DNA of 64,000 bases. It comes from Monocercomonoides exilis PA203 (taxonomy: Eukaryota > Protista > Preaxostyla). The position numbers were made by a program, and so were the translations under genes. Below the pieces are notes generated by a model that searched no databases, was not told where the DNA came from, and saw only the letters and a program-made list of their open reading frames with translations. The DNA lies in assembly GCA_001643675.2 (NCBI GenBank), contig LSRY02000004.1, positions 372,001 to 436,000 on the forward strand, read 5' to 3'. Within the stretch, counting starts at the first letter, position 1. Each line of letters begins with the position of its first letter. Shown piece by piece: positions 52,416-64,000 of this stretch.

Positions 52416-52733
52416 CACTTTAAAATTCCAAACAAGTTTCGTCTTTCTCTTCTGTTCATTTTGCATCTCTTTTTGATAAAAATGATGAATATCAAATTAA
52501 ACAGAAAAAAAAGTCTCAAACCCTATTGTTATCAACAATACACTTGTAGCTAAAAATATACACCCGGCAGAAAATGCAGGACTTGTTGGGATTCCAAAAA
52601 GAACATTCAGCCAATTATTCGCATCGATGTTGATATTAAAACCAGCAATAGCAACAATTGCTGCTAACACAGAAAGCAGTCCAAGTATCCCTAATATAAA
52701 TGCAGAAACATAAGCACATGATGCTTTTGCCAT
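52416..52733 (-). CDS. Small two-TM hypothetical membrane protein (second exon uncertain)
   Basis: ATG-initiated ORF with two hydrophobic helices, then a GTTTGA donor; a downstream AG would add CKMNRRERRNLFGILK*. Confidence 0.4.
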
Positions 52734-53156
52734 CTTTAAAACAGAAAAAACGATGCAAGTATCTTCGATGATGGTTGTTATGATCAGTTGAATTGATGCT
52801 GGAAATAGTTATTATCTGAATTATTTTCTTGTTCGTTATAATCATAAATATCTAACAGGTCAAATAACAAACTTGGACAAAAAACAAGGAAAATTTCTTT
52901 GTTTTCACAAAATATGCTCACACAATCAAGAAAGAAATAAGCATTGACCAAAGTTAAATTGCTGACTGTTTGAATATTGACCAAATAATAGTAATGAATT
53001 GCTGAGTTATATAAATACGCTATAAAATATACAGTAACAAAAAATTGTAGTACTTAAGCTCTAAAATTAATAATTTTCTTGAATAAGAAAAATTTTCAGA
53101 AAGTATCAAATTTGTTCCTCCCAAAAACAAAAAAGAAAAACAAGAAATCTTTCCTC

Positions 53157-54759
53157 TTACAATGAAAGAACATCTTCAATATCGTTGAACTTTGGTCTTT
53201 CTGGAAGAAGCCTTTTAACGCGACCAATTCCAACAAGAGGAGCTGCAATATTTCCTGGACCAGCAATGCAACCTCCGTCGCAGCACATGACCTCAATCAG
53301 ATTTCCAGGGGTGGAATCGGGCTTTGCTCCCCATCCCTTAATCTTCTTGAAAGAAGCTTTGTCCAGTGGGGAAACGAACACTGGTTTCAATTCAGCCGCT
53401 TTCTCATCAATTTCGTGTCCTTCCTTTTTGATGGCATCAGCAGCTTTTGGAACAGCTTGAACGACAGCTTGTGTCACTCCCTGAGATGCGCAATAATATG
53501 ATGCTTCGGCAGATGATGCTCTTGTTTTCTTTGGATCCTCCTTTGGCATTTTCATAACATCAGCATCATTGGCAGCAAAGATGCAGGAAAGTTCTTCGGC
53601 TGTAAGAACAAAATCTGTGTTTTCTTTCATAAGAGCTTCAGTTCTCTTTGCTGTGCATGGACCAACAAACACAGTCACACATTCAGGATCTCTCTTTTTG
53701 CAGAGATCACCAGTGTAAACCATTGGAGATTGAGTGTGTGATACAAATGGAGCGATTCCTGGGATATGAACCTGTGCGCATCTCACCCAAGCTGGGCAGC
53801 AAGAAGTTGCTAACAAGCGTTGCTTTCCAGGTGCGACTTCTTCCAAGAATTCTTTTGTTTCAGTAAAAGAGGTTGTATCGGCTCCAAGAGCAACTTCAAC
53901 CATCTCAGAGAATCCTGATTTCAAGCAAGCTTGATTGATCTGTGCTGGAGTTCCATTAAATTGTCCCAAAACAGCTGGTGCAAGCATAGCAATAACCTTC
54001 TTTCCTTGTTTGATGCGACTAACAACATCAACAACTTCTGAAGGCATGATTGCAGCTCCGAATGGGCAACGAACAGTGCATCTTCCGCAATGGATGCATT
54101 TAGCTGGATCAATAACGCTTCTGTTTTCGCTGTCCTTTGAAATTGCATCAACTGGGCAATCATCCATGCAAGGAACTCTTTTCTTAATGATTGCACCATA
54201 TGGGCAAACTTTCACGCACATTCCACAGGCAATGCACTTTGATTGATCGATCACTGCCTTTCCATCAACTCTGCTAATTGCCTTCTTTGGGCAGTTAGTC
54301 ATGCAAGGGCGAGCAACGCATCCTTCGCATGCATCGGTCACCATAACCTTTGAAGGTCCGCATCTCTTGCAAGCTTCAGGAATGATCACTGCTCCTGGAA
54401 CGTAGTCCTCCTTCTTGCGGGAAAGGGTTTCCTTCAAACTTTGTGAAAGAGGCTTTGTTGGAGGATCAGCTGGATTGATCTTCTCTCCAATGATCGACTG
54501 AAGCTGGCGGTGGCAAACCTCACGTTCTGTCAGGAATTTCAAAAAAATGAGGTTAAATATTAAGAAAAATAAATAGAAAGCAATTTTTCAAACCTTTTTC
54601 GAGAGTATCGAAATATTTTGGTTCTTGTCCATCCTTGAAAATCTGTTTCGGCAAATCGTCAATAGTACTCTCTAATGTTCCATCCATGATGCCTCTGCAC
54701 ACGCGGGTCATCAAATCTCTGTACATCATTGTTGCCTCACCTTTTGTTCCAATCTGCAT
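53157..54759 (-). CDS. [FeFe]-hydrogenase, group B-like with several ferredoxin motifs, 511 aa; exons 54759-54594, 54526-53157
   Basis: H-cluster motifs TSCCPAW, GPCTAKRTE and EVMCCDGGCIAGPG; Fe-S motifs CEGCVARPCMTNCP, CIACGMCVKVCP and CIHCGRCTVRCP; 67-nt phase-1 GTTTGA...CAG intron (54593-54527). Confidence 0.95.
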
Positions 54760-55011
54760 TTTAGATTTTTATTATTCTCGAGTGATCAAAACCTTGATTC
54801 GTATTGTCATTTATACTATCTAAGGTTCAAAAATTCATAATTTTTTTAAAAATTCTATTCCAAAATATAATGTTTTTATGTCTTTGGAAATGATATAGTT
54901 AGGATCATTCCTTTCGGAAATTGCTGTGGAAATAAAAAAATAAAAAGTAAACGAAAAATGAAAGAAAAAAATATTTTTAATATTTATAAAACATTGTTAG
55001 GGATTGAATTG

Positions 55012-58000
55012 TCAATGAATTGCAGGTGAAGTAGACGGGATTGGAGTTAAAAAGGTTGAGGAGCTTTGACGATCAGCTGAAGAATACGAAGGGGGCCTGC
55101 TTAAAGGAATCTGATTGGGGTTTCCATCGTATGATTGCATTCCTGAGTGAGAAGTGCGTATTTGACTGCTTTGAGGGTAAAGAGGAGGCTGATGGCCAGC
55201 TGTTGTGGCTGGATGAGGAGGCAGAAGCGGGAGAGATGGAAGCAGCGACAAAGGCTGTGCAGGCAATTGACTAGGGGGAGGAAAATGGGACGAGGCAGAA
55301 GACGATGGACGAGGAGCAGGGGAGGTGTGCAAATGTTTTGAATGGCGATGTTTTGAGGCAGAGGCATTTGTCTTAGGCGAAGTGGGTAGAAGGGCGTGGC
55401 TTGAATGAGATCTGCTGTGTGAGTGGTGGGAGTGATTGGAGTGGTGGGAATGTGGGTTGACAGAATGACGTGAGCTGCTCTGTGAATGGCGCCTGGACGA
55501 ACGAGATGAACGCGAATGGCGATGAGAAGAAGATGAAGAAGAAGATAATGAAGAAGAAGAAGAGGAAGAGGAAGAGGAAGAAGAAGAAGAAGATGATGAT
55601 GATGATGATGAAGTGGAAGGCAACTGAGGAGAAATTGTACTGTGATGTGAGAGTGACGATGATCTGTGAGATGAATGCTGAGTCTTTTCTGGTGTTTTTG
55701 AGTGTTTTCTCGATTCGCTTGGGCTTTTGTGCTTTTGCGAAGAACGAGAAGCTGATGAACGGCTGGCTGTGTGTGCTTTGCTTTGTGTGGGATCGATGGA
55801 ACTTACAGAAGTCTGGGCAGAAGTGTCAAAAACGACGTGTTTGTGGTGTTTGTGGTGTTTGTGGTGCTTTGTGGAGGATGAGGTGCGACGTGGGCGAGAT
55901 TCAGAGGAAGAGAGAGAAGACTCATCAGATGAATCGTCAGAAGTGCTGTCAGATGAGCCAATGGGCGTGTGAGATGAAGAGGAGCCTGTGTGAATTGGAG
56001 ATGGATTGGCTGCTTTTTGATGAGATGGGGAAGGGAGATCGGTTGAAAGATGGAAATAAGGAAAAGACGCAGCAGAAGAGGAGCGCTGGCGGTTGTCAAT
56101 GGGATTTGACTGGGCTGGTGGGAAAGAGCGATATGAATATGGCGTTGAGTCTGGAGAGAGTGGAGAAATGGCTGTTGGCAGGGCAGAAGAAGGAGAAGGA
56201 GAAGGAGAAGGAGAAGGAGAAGGAGAAGGAGAAGAGGAAGAGGAGAAGGAAGAAGAAGAATGCATCTGAGGCAATGCTGATGTTGATCTGCTTCTTTTTG
56301 GACTCAAACGAGCAACCTCAGGAGACATCGACAGAATGCGCCGTGCAGCTGGCGAGTCACTGGATGTTCTCTGCATCAGATGCTGTTTATGATGTTAATG
56401 ATGTTTATGATGTTTATGAGTGACAAACAAAACAAAACAAAACAAAATAAATAAATAAAAAATAAGTAATGAATAAATTGAAGATTGAAAAAGGATGCAA
56501 AGAATTTATAATAATAATAAATAAATAAATAAGCAAACAATCAGTAAATCTCTTTCTTTCTCTATTCTTTCCTGCTCTTCGTCAGCCATCTGCAGTTTCC
56601 GCTGCATTTCTTCCCGCTTCTCCTTCATCTGCTTCTTCATCTCGTCTTCCCGAATGCTCATTCTTCTTCTCATCTCCTTTTCTTTCTCCTCCACCGCCTC
56701 CCAGTTCGCATCCTTCCACTCTTCAATCTGCTGCTCCCTCTCCTTCTTCTCTCTCCTCCTCCTTTTTTCTTCCTCCTTCTGCCTCTTCTTTTCCCACTCC
56801 TCCCGCTCTTCATCAAACTGCTTCAACATCCTCTGCGCCTTCCGCTCTTCTTTCTCCTTCTCCCTCTCAATCTCCTCTTTCTCCCGCCGTACTTTCTCCA
56901 GCGCCTCCCCCAGCTGCTTCAGATCCTCCCCAAGTTTGATCAGGTCGTTCTTTGCCGTCTGCACATTCGCCTTCGACACCGCCTGCTGCTGCTTCAGAGC
57001 CTCGTTTTCCCTCTCTGCTGCAATTCTGTCGGATTCTGCTTCCACCAGCAGCTGGTGCAGAAGCAGATGCGGATCTTCGCTTCCTCTCTTCCCTTGCGCT
57101 TTCAGCTTTGCCACATCCACAATCGCCTTTTGCAGAACAGCTTGCTCTTTCTCCTTCTCCAGCCTCCTTCTTTGTTTCTCTTCTTCTGCTCTTTTCTTAT
57201 TCATCTTCTCTTCTTTGCTCTGTTTTTCTTTCTCTTTCTTGTCGTATTCATCTGCGTCATATTCTTCTTCTTCTTCTTCTTCTTCTTTAATTCCGTTTCT
57301 ACGCTTCCCTTCTTCCCTTCCCTTCCCTTTTAACTCCTCTTTTCCTTTCTCCTCTTCTTTTCCCCCTTCGCCCCCTCTTCTCCCATTAAAAACCACACCC
57401 AACGTTGTCTTCAACAGCTCCTCGTGCTGCTTCATCATCGCAATTGCTGCGTCTCTTTCTGTGGCCAGCCGAATAAGATCCTCTGAACTTGGCAAAGGAG
57501 AAAGATTCTGAGACAAAGAGTGAGAAAGCTGGGCATTCACAGCAGAAGAGGAGGCAGAGGCAGAGGAAGAGGAAGAGAAGGAGGAAGAAGATGAAGATGA
57601 AGAAGAGGAAAAAGAAGACTCACTTTCTTTGTCAGATTCTGATGATGAATGCTCTGAAGGTGAATTTGATTTATTCGAGCTTTCTCTATTTCTGTGTTTC
57701 TGCTTTTTTCTTCTTTTGTGCTTTTGAATTCTTCTGCCCAAAAAATCGCTTTTTTCTCTCCACTCCTCATTCCTCAACTGCTTCAGTTCCTCTTCTTTTT
57801 CCCTCAGTTTCTTCTCCATCTTCTCCAGCTGTTCTTTGTCCTCTTTAGCATTTCGCTGCATCTGCTGCATTTCCCCTTCCATCCGCTGCATCCGCCAATC
57901 CATCTCTGAGCACAGCGAAGAAGTGACATCCTGGAAAAAGGCACAGTCTGTGTTGAACGCATTTATAAAGGACTTCAATAGCATCAGCAGCGGCTTTGGT

Positions 58001-59441
58001 TTAATTTGGATCCCTGAAAAAAATGCGGATTAAAAGAAAATTCATATGTGTATTCATTCATTCATTCATTCATTCATTCAAGCAAACAAGCAAATAGACA
58101 GGAAAGAATGTGACAAAAAAAATGAATAAAAATTTTATGAACACAATCAAAAAACTTTTCGAAAAAAAAAACAAAACAATTTTTTCTTTTTCAAAATTGA
58201 TCTATAAAACTTTGCATTTCAAATGAAAATCATATTTTTTGCTTGTCTCTCTTTTGGCATTAGCAAGTATGGAGCACACCTTTCTTCACCAGACTTTTTC
58301 TTGCAGCAACAGCTTCGTTCTTCATCAAAGTCAATTTTTCTGCGTCTCTTTCTCTCCGCTCTTCTCGAAGCTCCTGCTTGGCTTGATCTGCCTTTCGCAT
58401 TTCCTCATCACGCATTGCTTCAAGCTTCTTAATCATCGCAACATTCAGTTTATTTGCTACCTTCTCCGATTCCAACTGTATTTCCAATCCTTTCAACTGC
58501 TTTTCTTTTAGATCTACTTCCCTTTCGAGCGCTTCTTTTGCCCCCTTCTCTTTGTCGCACATCTGCTGCAATCGCTCACTTTCTTCTTTCTCCCTCTTCA
58601 CAAGCACCTTATTTTCAATCAGTAGACTCAACACTTTCTGTCTCCATGCACTCATAATATCTGCAGACGGTGGAGATGACAGACTGAAGTCAAGTGAATG
58701 ATTCGAAAAATTGTCTTCCTTTTCTTCGTCAGAATCCAGCAGTATTGATGATTCAGTCGATGAATCCGAAGAATGTCCAGCCGAATGTGATTTTCTGTGT
58801 TTACGTGAATGGAGATTCTTTGAAGATAAAGCAGAAGGTGAATAAGGAGGAGACCCGCTGAGAGGTGCAGATGCAATGTGCGAAGGTGATTGCGTTGAGA
58901 ATGGATCGTTTGAAAGTGAAAAGGAAGGAAATGGGCTAAATGTCACATGTTTAGCATCATGCCTGTACCTTTCAATATCTTCCGATTGGCTTAAATCGTC
59001 TGAAATTGAATTTCTTTCATCCCCAGATTCGCTATCTAAATTTCTGCTTTTTAATGTTTTCCTTTTCTTTTTTTTCATCATTGCAATCTTCTTTTCTTCA
59101 ATGAGTTCCACAAGTCGTATCTCCATCTCTCTTAAAGCACGTCCCATTTTTACAATCTCTCTTTCTTGAAAAGCAATAAGTTCAGCTTCGCTTTCTTTTT
59201 TAGCCGTTTCCATAAGCTCAGCCGAAGTGGGTCGCAATGAAAGCAAATGAGAACCCTCAAGTTCTATGTTTTCTGTTTTTTGTCTCAACACATCATCTTC
59301 TGTTTTCACCTTATCTGTTTTAAAATTGATTTTTTCATCTTTTTTTTCGTTTGCCCTTTCATATGCTTCTTCATCGCTTGATTCCTTCTGCTTTTTGTTT
59401 CCCTCATCCTCATCAAATTCTAACAATGAATTTTTCTGCAT
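55012..59441 (-). CDS. Hypothetical coiled-coil protein with Ser/His/Pro-rich tail; exons ~59441-58280, 58013-56539, 56382-55012
   Basis: Three long ORFs joined in frame by GT-AG introns; E/K/R-rich helical segments; no recognisable domain; 5' end uncertain. Confidence 0.7.
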
Positions 59442-60097
59442 TAAAAGAAAAATTGAGTTTAAATTTGATCTGAACCATTTTATAATTTTGAATCAAATAT
59501 TTTTATTATCAGAATAGTAATTATTGTTGAAATTTCAATTTTAGTTTTTTCTGATAATTCTTAACTCAGCAAATTTTCTTTTTTTGTGATCTCATTTCCC
59601 CTCTCTTCATTTGGATGTAATATTTTAGGAAATCGTTTTTTTTTGACAAAGACTAATTTCATTGTTTTTCATTTATTCATTTTTTAATCAATGCTTCACT
59701 TTCAAGAAGTCTTTATTGATTTTTAACTTTTTCTGAAAAAGATTATTGATTAAAAAAAATAAAAAATATCATGTTTTTTTTTTTAAAATAATAATTGACA
59801 AAAGTTTGGAATAAGTGTAATTTAAGCAAAATATGGCTAATCCTTTTTGAAATGATTTTTTTGCTCGAATTTTGAACAAAAAATTATTTTTTGTGGGAAC
59901 ACCTTATTAAAAGAATGTTGAGAATATTATATCTATTCAGCAAAATAGAATAATAAGCGAACTTTTTTCAAGTATTCCCACAAAGAATAATTTTTTTTGC
60001 TCAAAATTTGAACGAAAATATGATTTCGAAAAGGAATAGACACTAAAATAAAAAAAGGAAGCAAAACATAAATATCTGATCTTCAGAGGCAATCAAT

Positions 60098-63000
60098 TTA
60101 CATCCCCACTGCTTTTTTCATAATTGGTGGAATATCAGCAAGAGAATTAATAAATTCGCCTTTTTCTTCATTTTTGAATGGAATTAAAGAAAGAAATTGA
60201 GAGGATATACATTCTCCTTCTTCAACACTATTTAGGGCTTTTGATGCCATTTCTTTGAAACTTTGAACTTCTCTTCTAACCAATGAAGTGCAAAGCTTTT
60301 GCTCAGGGAAGAAAATATCTTGAATCTTGCGAAATGGACTCGTAAATGTTGCATATCTAAACACATCATCAGCCGCAACGTTGCTTTTACATAATATTTT
60401 TTCATTCTTTTCGTTTTCAAGGTTTTTTTCTTCTTCATTGGAAGTTTCATCATCCAAGAAGCTTTCTTCTTCAACCTCTTCTCCTTCTTCAAGATGACAA
60501 CACAAAAACGGTCGCTCCCAACACACTGTCACAGATCGCTCATTATTCGACTGACGATATGCAAATGTCTCAGTTGTCCGATTTGAAACATGCGAAGAGG
60601 CAAATGAAATTTTCAAATTCGGATCTACAAGGAATGGATGGTCGCACGGAATCGAAGAGTGTTTATAAACACATGCAGAATGCCTGGCAGAATCAACTGC
60701 TTCTCTTCCAACGGCAGATGATTGGAGAATCTTCGCATGCATTGGGCATATGTCGCAGTGGGAGGGAATGGGGCATGTAAAGGCAACTACTCGACCCAAC
60801 GTGCCAAAAGGTACAAGACCAGTTGCAGCAACTGACGCAACACGATCACCTATGTGCAGCTGCCCGCCAGTGGTGTCGCTTCCATCGTTAGTTATACTGA
60901 AAACCGAAGAAATAAGGCATTTAGGATGAATTGAGAATGTCACATGAATGCGAGTTGTTTTTGGTTCTTTGACTTTTGAGTGATTATCAGCTGAGGAAGA
61001 TGCTGGGCTTTGCTCGTCTTCATTAAAAGTGAATGTATCCTTTGACCATCCGCTTTCCCTCTCGTATCTGTCCATTGCATTTTTCCCCATTTTCATTAGT
61101 CTCATTGTTGTGAACTTTCCGGGTTTTGCTTCTGGCTGCTTTAATATCAACTCCATCTTCTCCTCCATCCAATCATTGAACATTTCTGCTTCCTCCTCTT
61201 CATCTTCAAAACCGAACACGGACGATACGTCAAGCTTCTTCAGGCGACGTGGAATGGAAGTGAATGTTTCACACATATCAAACACATTTGGAAATTCCTT
61301 TTTGTATTCCAGCAGCAGCTGTAGTGTTAAAGTCGAATATTCCGCACAAGCTTTTAACGGATTGAAGCGTGCATACATTGGATAGTGACTGTTATTAGCC
61401 AGATCAATGAATGGGAACGATAAAGTCACGTCTGAAACATTGTAAACTTTTTCTACATCTGTTTCTTCATCCTCTGATTGATCTTTTTGATTCCATATGT
61501 TCGAGTTCCCTCGAATTCTTTGCTCTTTACTCCAGATTTTAATTGCAGATTCAGAATCGTCTCCAAAATCACTGCCATCGTCAATTATCTTTTCAATTTC
61601 TCCTTTCAGTCGGTCCTCATTCAGACATCCTTTGTAAACGCGATAAGTATCGATAATCAATGGGCCACTTATCCAGCGTTCTCCGTAATTTCTTTTCCTG
61701 TAGCAAATTCTCTTTGTGAGCGTTAAAGAAAAATTAGGCGTTGTCAACATACGAACAGTTAAATGAGACACGTGCAACAACTTTGAAACTTCATCCGTAT
61801 CAAACCACAAAAGTGAAGACGGTAAATAAGAAGAAAGAAGATTTGGATATAGTGAATATTTAGGAGGAAGAATAGTCGGCTTTGTACCATCACGTGTCAA
61901 TCTCTGACTCAAGATTTCTGAATGCAAAAGTGCAACTGGAATGTTGCTAAACAAACTTGTTTCCTTCCCTGGTATTTGTTCCTCAAATGCATCAAACTCA
62001 ACCTTTATTAGCACATCTTTATTTTTATCATCCGCATTTGCTTTCAAATTGTCTCTGTTTTCAACCATTAATTCTTTATCTGTCGCATTGCAAACACTCA
62101 AAACAGATCCGGATGCAGCCAGTAGAGCGAGTGGATGAGGAATAGAAGAAACAGAAAGAGGAACAAGCTCTCCAGATTCATCTCGTCTTGACACAGAAAG
62201 GACACTCAGATTGCTTCCACAAACGCATATTGCATCGCTTGGAGACAAAGACAGGGTTTCAGTCGGAAATGATTGAAAGGCTACAAGTTGCTGTTTCAAT
62301 TCAGCTAATTGTTCTGACGTCGCATTAACTGTTTCAGCAAACGAAGGGATTGCTGATATTAACTGTATTGGCACACACATTACATCACCCACATTGTACT
62401 CGGCAGAAACCACTTCTTCATCATAATCATAGATGTCGCTGAGCATGCTTTCACTATTAAATTTTTCTTTTCCATTTCCCTTTTGTGGACTCCAGACATC
62501 ACATATCCCAATCTTTCCGTCTGTTGCAGATCTTGTAGAGTTAAAACCATACAGTCCCTTTTTCAGACTTCTTTGTGCTCTCTCCAAATCTGCTTTGCTC
62601 ACCTCTTCTCCATCAGCTCGACTTCTCTGTACTAATTTTTCGGCTTCTGCGTAATTCAACATAAATTTCTTTTTTTCATATTTCAAACCTTCATCATCAT
62701 CAGAGTCTTCATCTTCATCATCTGTTTCTATTGGATCAAAGTATTTCTCCCCGCTTTTGTATTTATTTTGTTTCTGTAGCTCATCTATCATTTCTCTTTC
62801 ATCTCTTTCTTCCTCCTCCATTCTCTTCATCTCCTCTATCTTCATTGCTCTTCTTCGCTTTCTCCATCCTTTTTTCATCGAGCACAAAGGGTGCACATAG
62901 CACAAAATACTCGATGTCTTTCCCACATCAATGCCTCGCTTTGAAATCAGCTGGTTCCGAATGAATGAAAAGCGTTTATTGAAACATTCATCAGATAGCG

Positions 63001-64000
63001 GCTGAAGAGGAATAGAACGAGCAATTAAGCGAGCAAAAAGAGTTGGGCAGTTCAAAGAAAGAATGTGATGAATCTGCAGAAGAGATTTAATGAATGAAGA
63101 AGACAAGCAAGCACTTTTGGATCGTTCGATAAGAGGTGCTCTACGGTTGATGTTATTGTTGTCATTACTTTTGGATTCAAATTGCGATTGTGTTTGTGAA
63201 GCAGAGGCAGTGGCTGAATATGGAAAAGAAGTCGAAGTCGAAGTTAAAGAAGAAGAAAAACCTTTCTGGCTTTTTGGAAAGTTGTGCTGTGATTGTGAGT
63301 GGTCAGAAGGAGAATGAGCTTGTGGATTTTGATTTCTCATTCCTGAAAAATCATCTAGTCTCTGAATGTTTTGATATAAAGATAAGGATACACATGAATG
63401 CTGTGATTCTTCTTTACAAGTTTCTTTTGTCTGCACTTCATTCAGTGTTACATTGTTGTCCATGCTGTCTTTTGAATCTTCAAACAACTTAACTTCATTT
63501 TCGTCAATCTCTTCTTCTTCTTCTTCTTCTTTATCTTCTTGACTTTTGTTGTGCTTATTTTTGAGCGTTTCATTCATCCACATTGCTTTCATTATCTCGC
63601 AAAATAGAGTTTCTTCCTCCCTCGCTTTTTTCCATTGTTTGTATTCTTCCATTGTTTGTTCATCAATGTCTTCACAAGAACCAGCGTCAGAAAGCTCTGA
63701 AAGTCTTTCTTCTTCCATTTTACTCTTTAATTCATCCATCTTTCTCTCCAACCTCCTCATCTTCATCTCTTCCTCTTCTTCTCTCTCACTTGCCATAGGG
63801 TCCAGAACAAAACTAATTCCCCGTGCATCAATTCTGTACACTCTCGCTGGAATCAAATGGGGATAGGAAACATAGCAAACACACCCAACAAGCAACCGAA
63901 GTACATCGCTGACCATTTGAAGTCGTGTGGAGCAGGAAAAAGAAGCAAAAGAAGGAGGAAGAAAAGTTCTTGGATCAATTTTTGTTAACGAAGAAGAGTG
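60098..64000 (-). CDS. XRN1: XRN1-like 5'-3' exoribonuclease, C-terminal region (continues beyond window)
   Basis: VSYPHLIPARV, RGIDVG, YSTLTLQLLLEYKKEFPNVF and IGDRVASVAATGLVPFGTLGRVV resemble XRN1 D1-D3/SH3-like blocks in order. Frame is open to the window edge; catalytic domain not in window. Confidence 0.72.
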   Translation of the reverse strand, partial: HSSSLTKIDPRTFLPPSFASFSCSTRLQMVSDVLRLLVGCVCYVSYPHLIPARVYRIDARGISFVLDPMASEREEEEEMKMRRLERKMDELKSKMEEERLSELSDAGSCEDIDEQTMEEYKQWKKAREEETLFCEIMKAMWMNETLKNKHNKSQEDKEEEEEEEIDENEVKLFEDSKDSMDNNVTLNEVQTKETCKEESQHSCVSLSLYQNIQRLDDFSGMRNQNPQAHSPSDHSQSQHNFPKSQKGFSSSLTSTSTSFPYSATASASQTQSQFESKSNDNNNINRRAPLIERSKSACLSSSFIKSLLQIHHILSLNCPTLFARLIARSIPLQPLSDECFNKRFSFIRNQLISKRGIDVGKTSSILCYVHPLCSMKKGWRKRRRAMKIEEMKRMEEEERDEREMIDELQKQNKYKSGEKYFDPIETDDEDEDSDDDEGLKYEKKKFMLNYAEAEKLVQRSRADGEEVSKADLERAQRSLKKGLYGFNSTRSATDGKIGICDVWSPQKGNGKEKFNSESMLSDIYDYDEEVVSAEYNVGDVMCVPIQLISAIPSFAETVNATSEQLAELKQQLVAFQSFPTETLSLSPSDAICVCGSNLSVLSVSRRDESGELVPLSVSSIPHPLALLAASGSVLSVCNATDKELMVENRDNLKANADDKNKDVLIKVEFDAFEEQIPGKETSLFSNIPVALLHSEILSQRLTRDGTKPTILPPKYSLYPNLLSSYLPSSLLWFDTDEVSKLLHVSHLTVRMLTTPNFSLTLTKRICYRKRNYGERWISGPLIIDTYRVYKGCLNEDRLKGEIEKIIDDGSDFGDDSESAIKIWSKEQRIRGNSNIWNQKDQSEDEETDVEKVYNVSDVTLSFPFIDLANNSHYPMYARFNPLKACAEYSTLTLQLLLEYKKEFPNVFDMCETFTSIPRRLKKLDVSSVFGFEDEEEEAEMFNDWMEEKMELILKQPEAKPGKFTTMRLMKMGKNAMDRYERESGWSKDTFTFNEDEQSPASSSADNHSKVKEPKTTRIHVTFSIHPKCLISSVFSITNDGSDTTGGQLHIGDRVASVAATGLVPFGTLGRVVAFTCPIPSHCDICPMHAKILQSSAVGREAVDSARHSACVYKHSSIPCDHPFLVDPNLKISFASSHVSNRTTETFAYRQSNNERSVTVCWERPFLCCHLEEGEEVEEESFLDDETSNEEEKNLENEKNEKILCKSNVAADDVFRYATFTSPFRKIQDIFFPEQKLCTSLVRREVQSFKEMASKALNSVEEGECISSQFLSLIPFKNEEKGEFINSLADIPPIMKKAVGM

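Overview
AT-rich eukaryotic genomic DNA with many short GT-AG introns, standard code (TAA, TAG and TGA all used as stops) and long Ser-rich low-complexity proteins. The gene families (group B [FeFe]-hydrogenase, flavodiiron protein, two expanded hypothetical/pseudokinase families) suggest an anaerobic metamonad, most likely the oxymonad Monocercomonoides exilis (inference, no search run). Left to right: pogo-type DD35D transposase; amino-acid transporter; 9-exon ~3660-aa CAMKK-like kinase ending in a CaaX box; 5-exon ~4250-aa FYVE-like protein; ~5.4-kb palindrome with two tri-ubiquitin genes around a decayed gene; 7.2-kb hAT transposon (17-bp TIRs, 8-bp TSD) whose transposase is interrupted at its first catalytic Asp by a 1.5-kb Merlin element (117-bp TIRs, 8-bp TSD) and which carries a host kinase-like fragment; two MITE-like elements; Sec61-beta (missed by the ORF track); CCDC112-like gene; flavodiiron protein; small membrane protein; [FeFe]-hydrogenase; coiled-coil protein; 3' part of an XRN1-like gene. 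The strongest new lead is that the nested Merlin carries an in-frame splice donor/acceptor pair in its own TIRs, which could restore the hAT transposase. Exon boundaries were worked out by hand and need RNA-seq confirmation.
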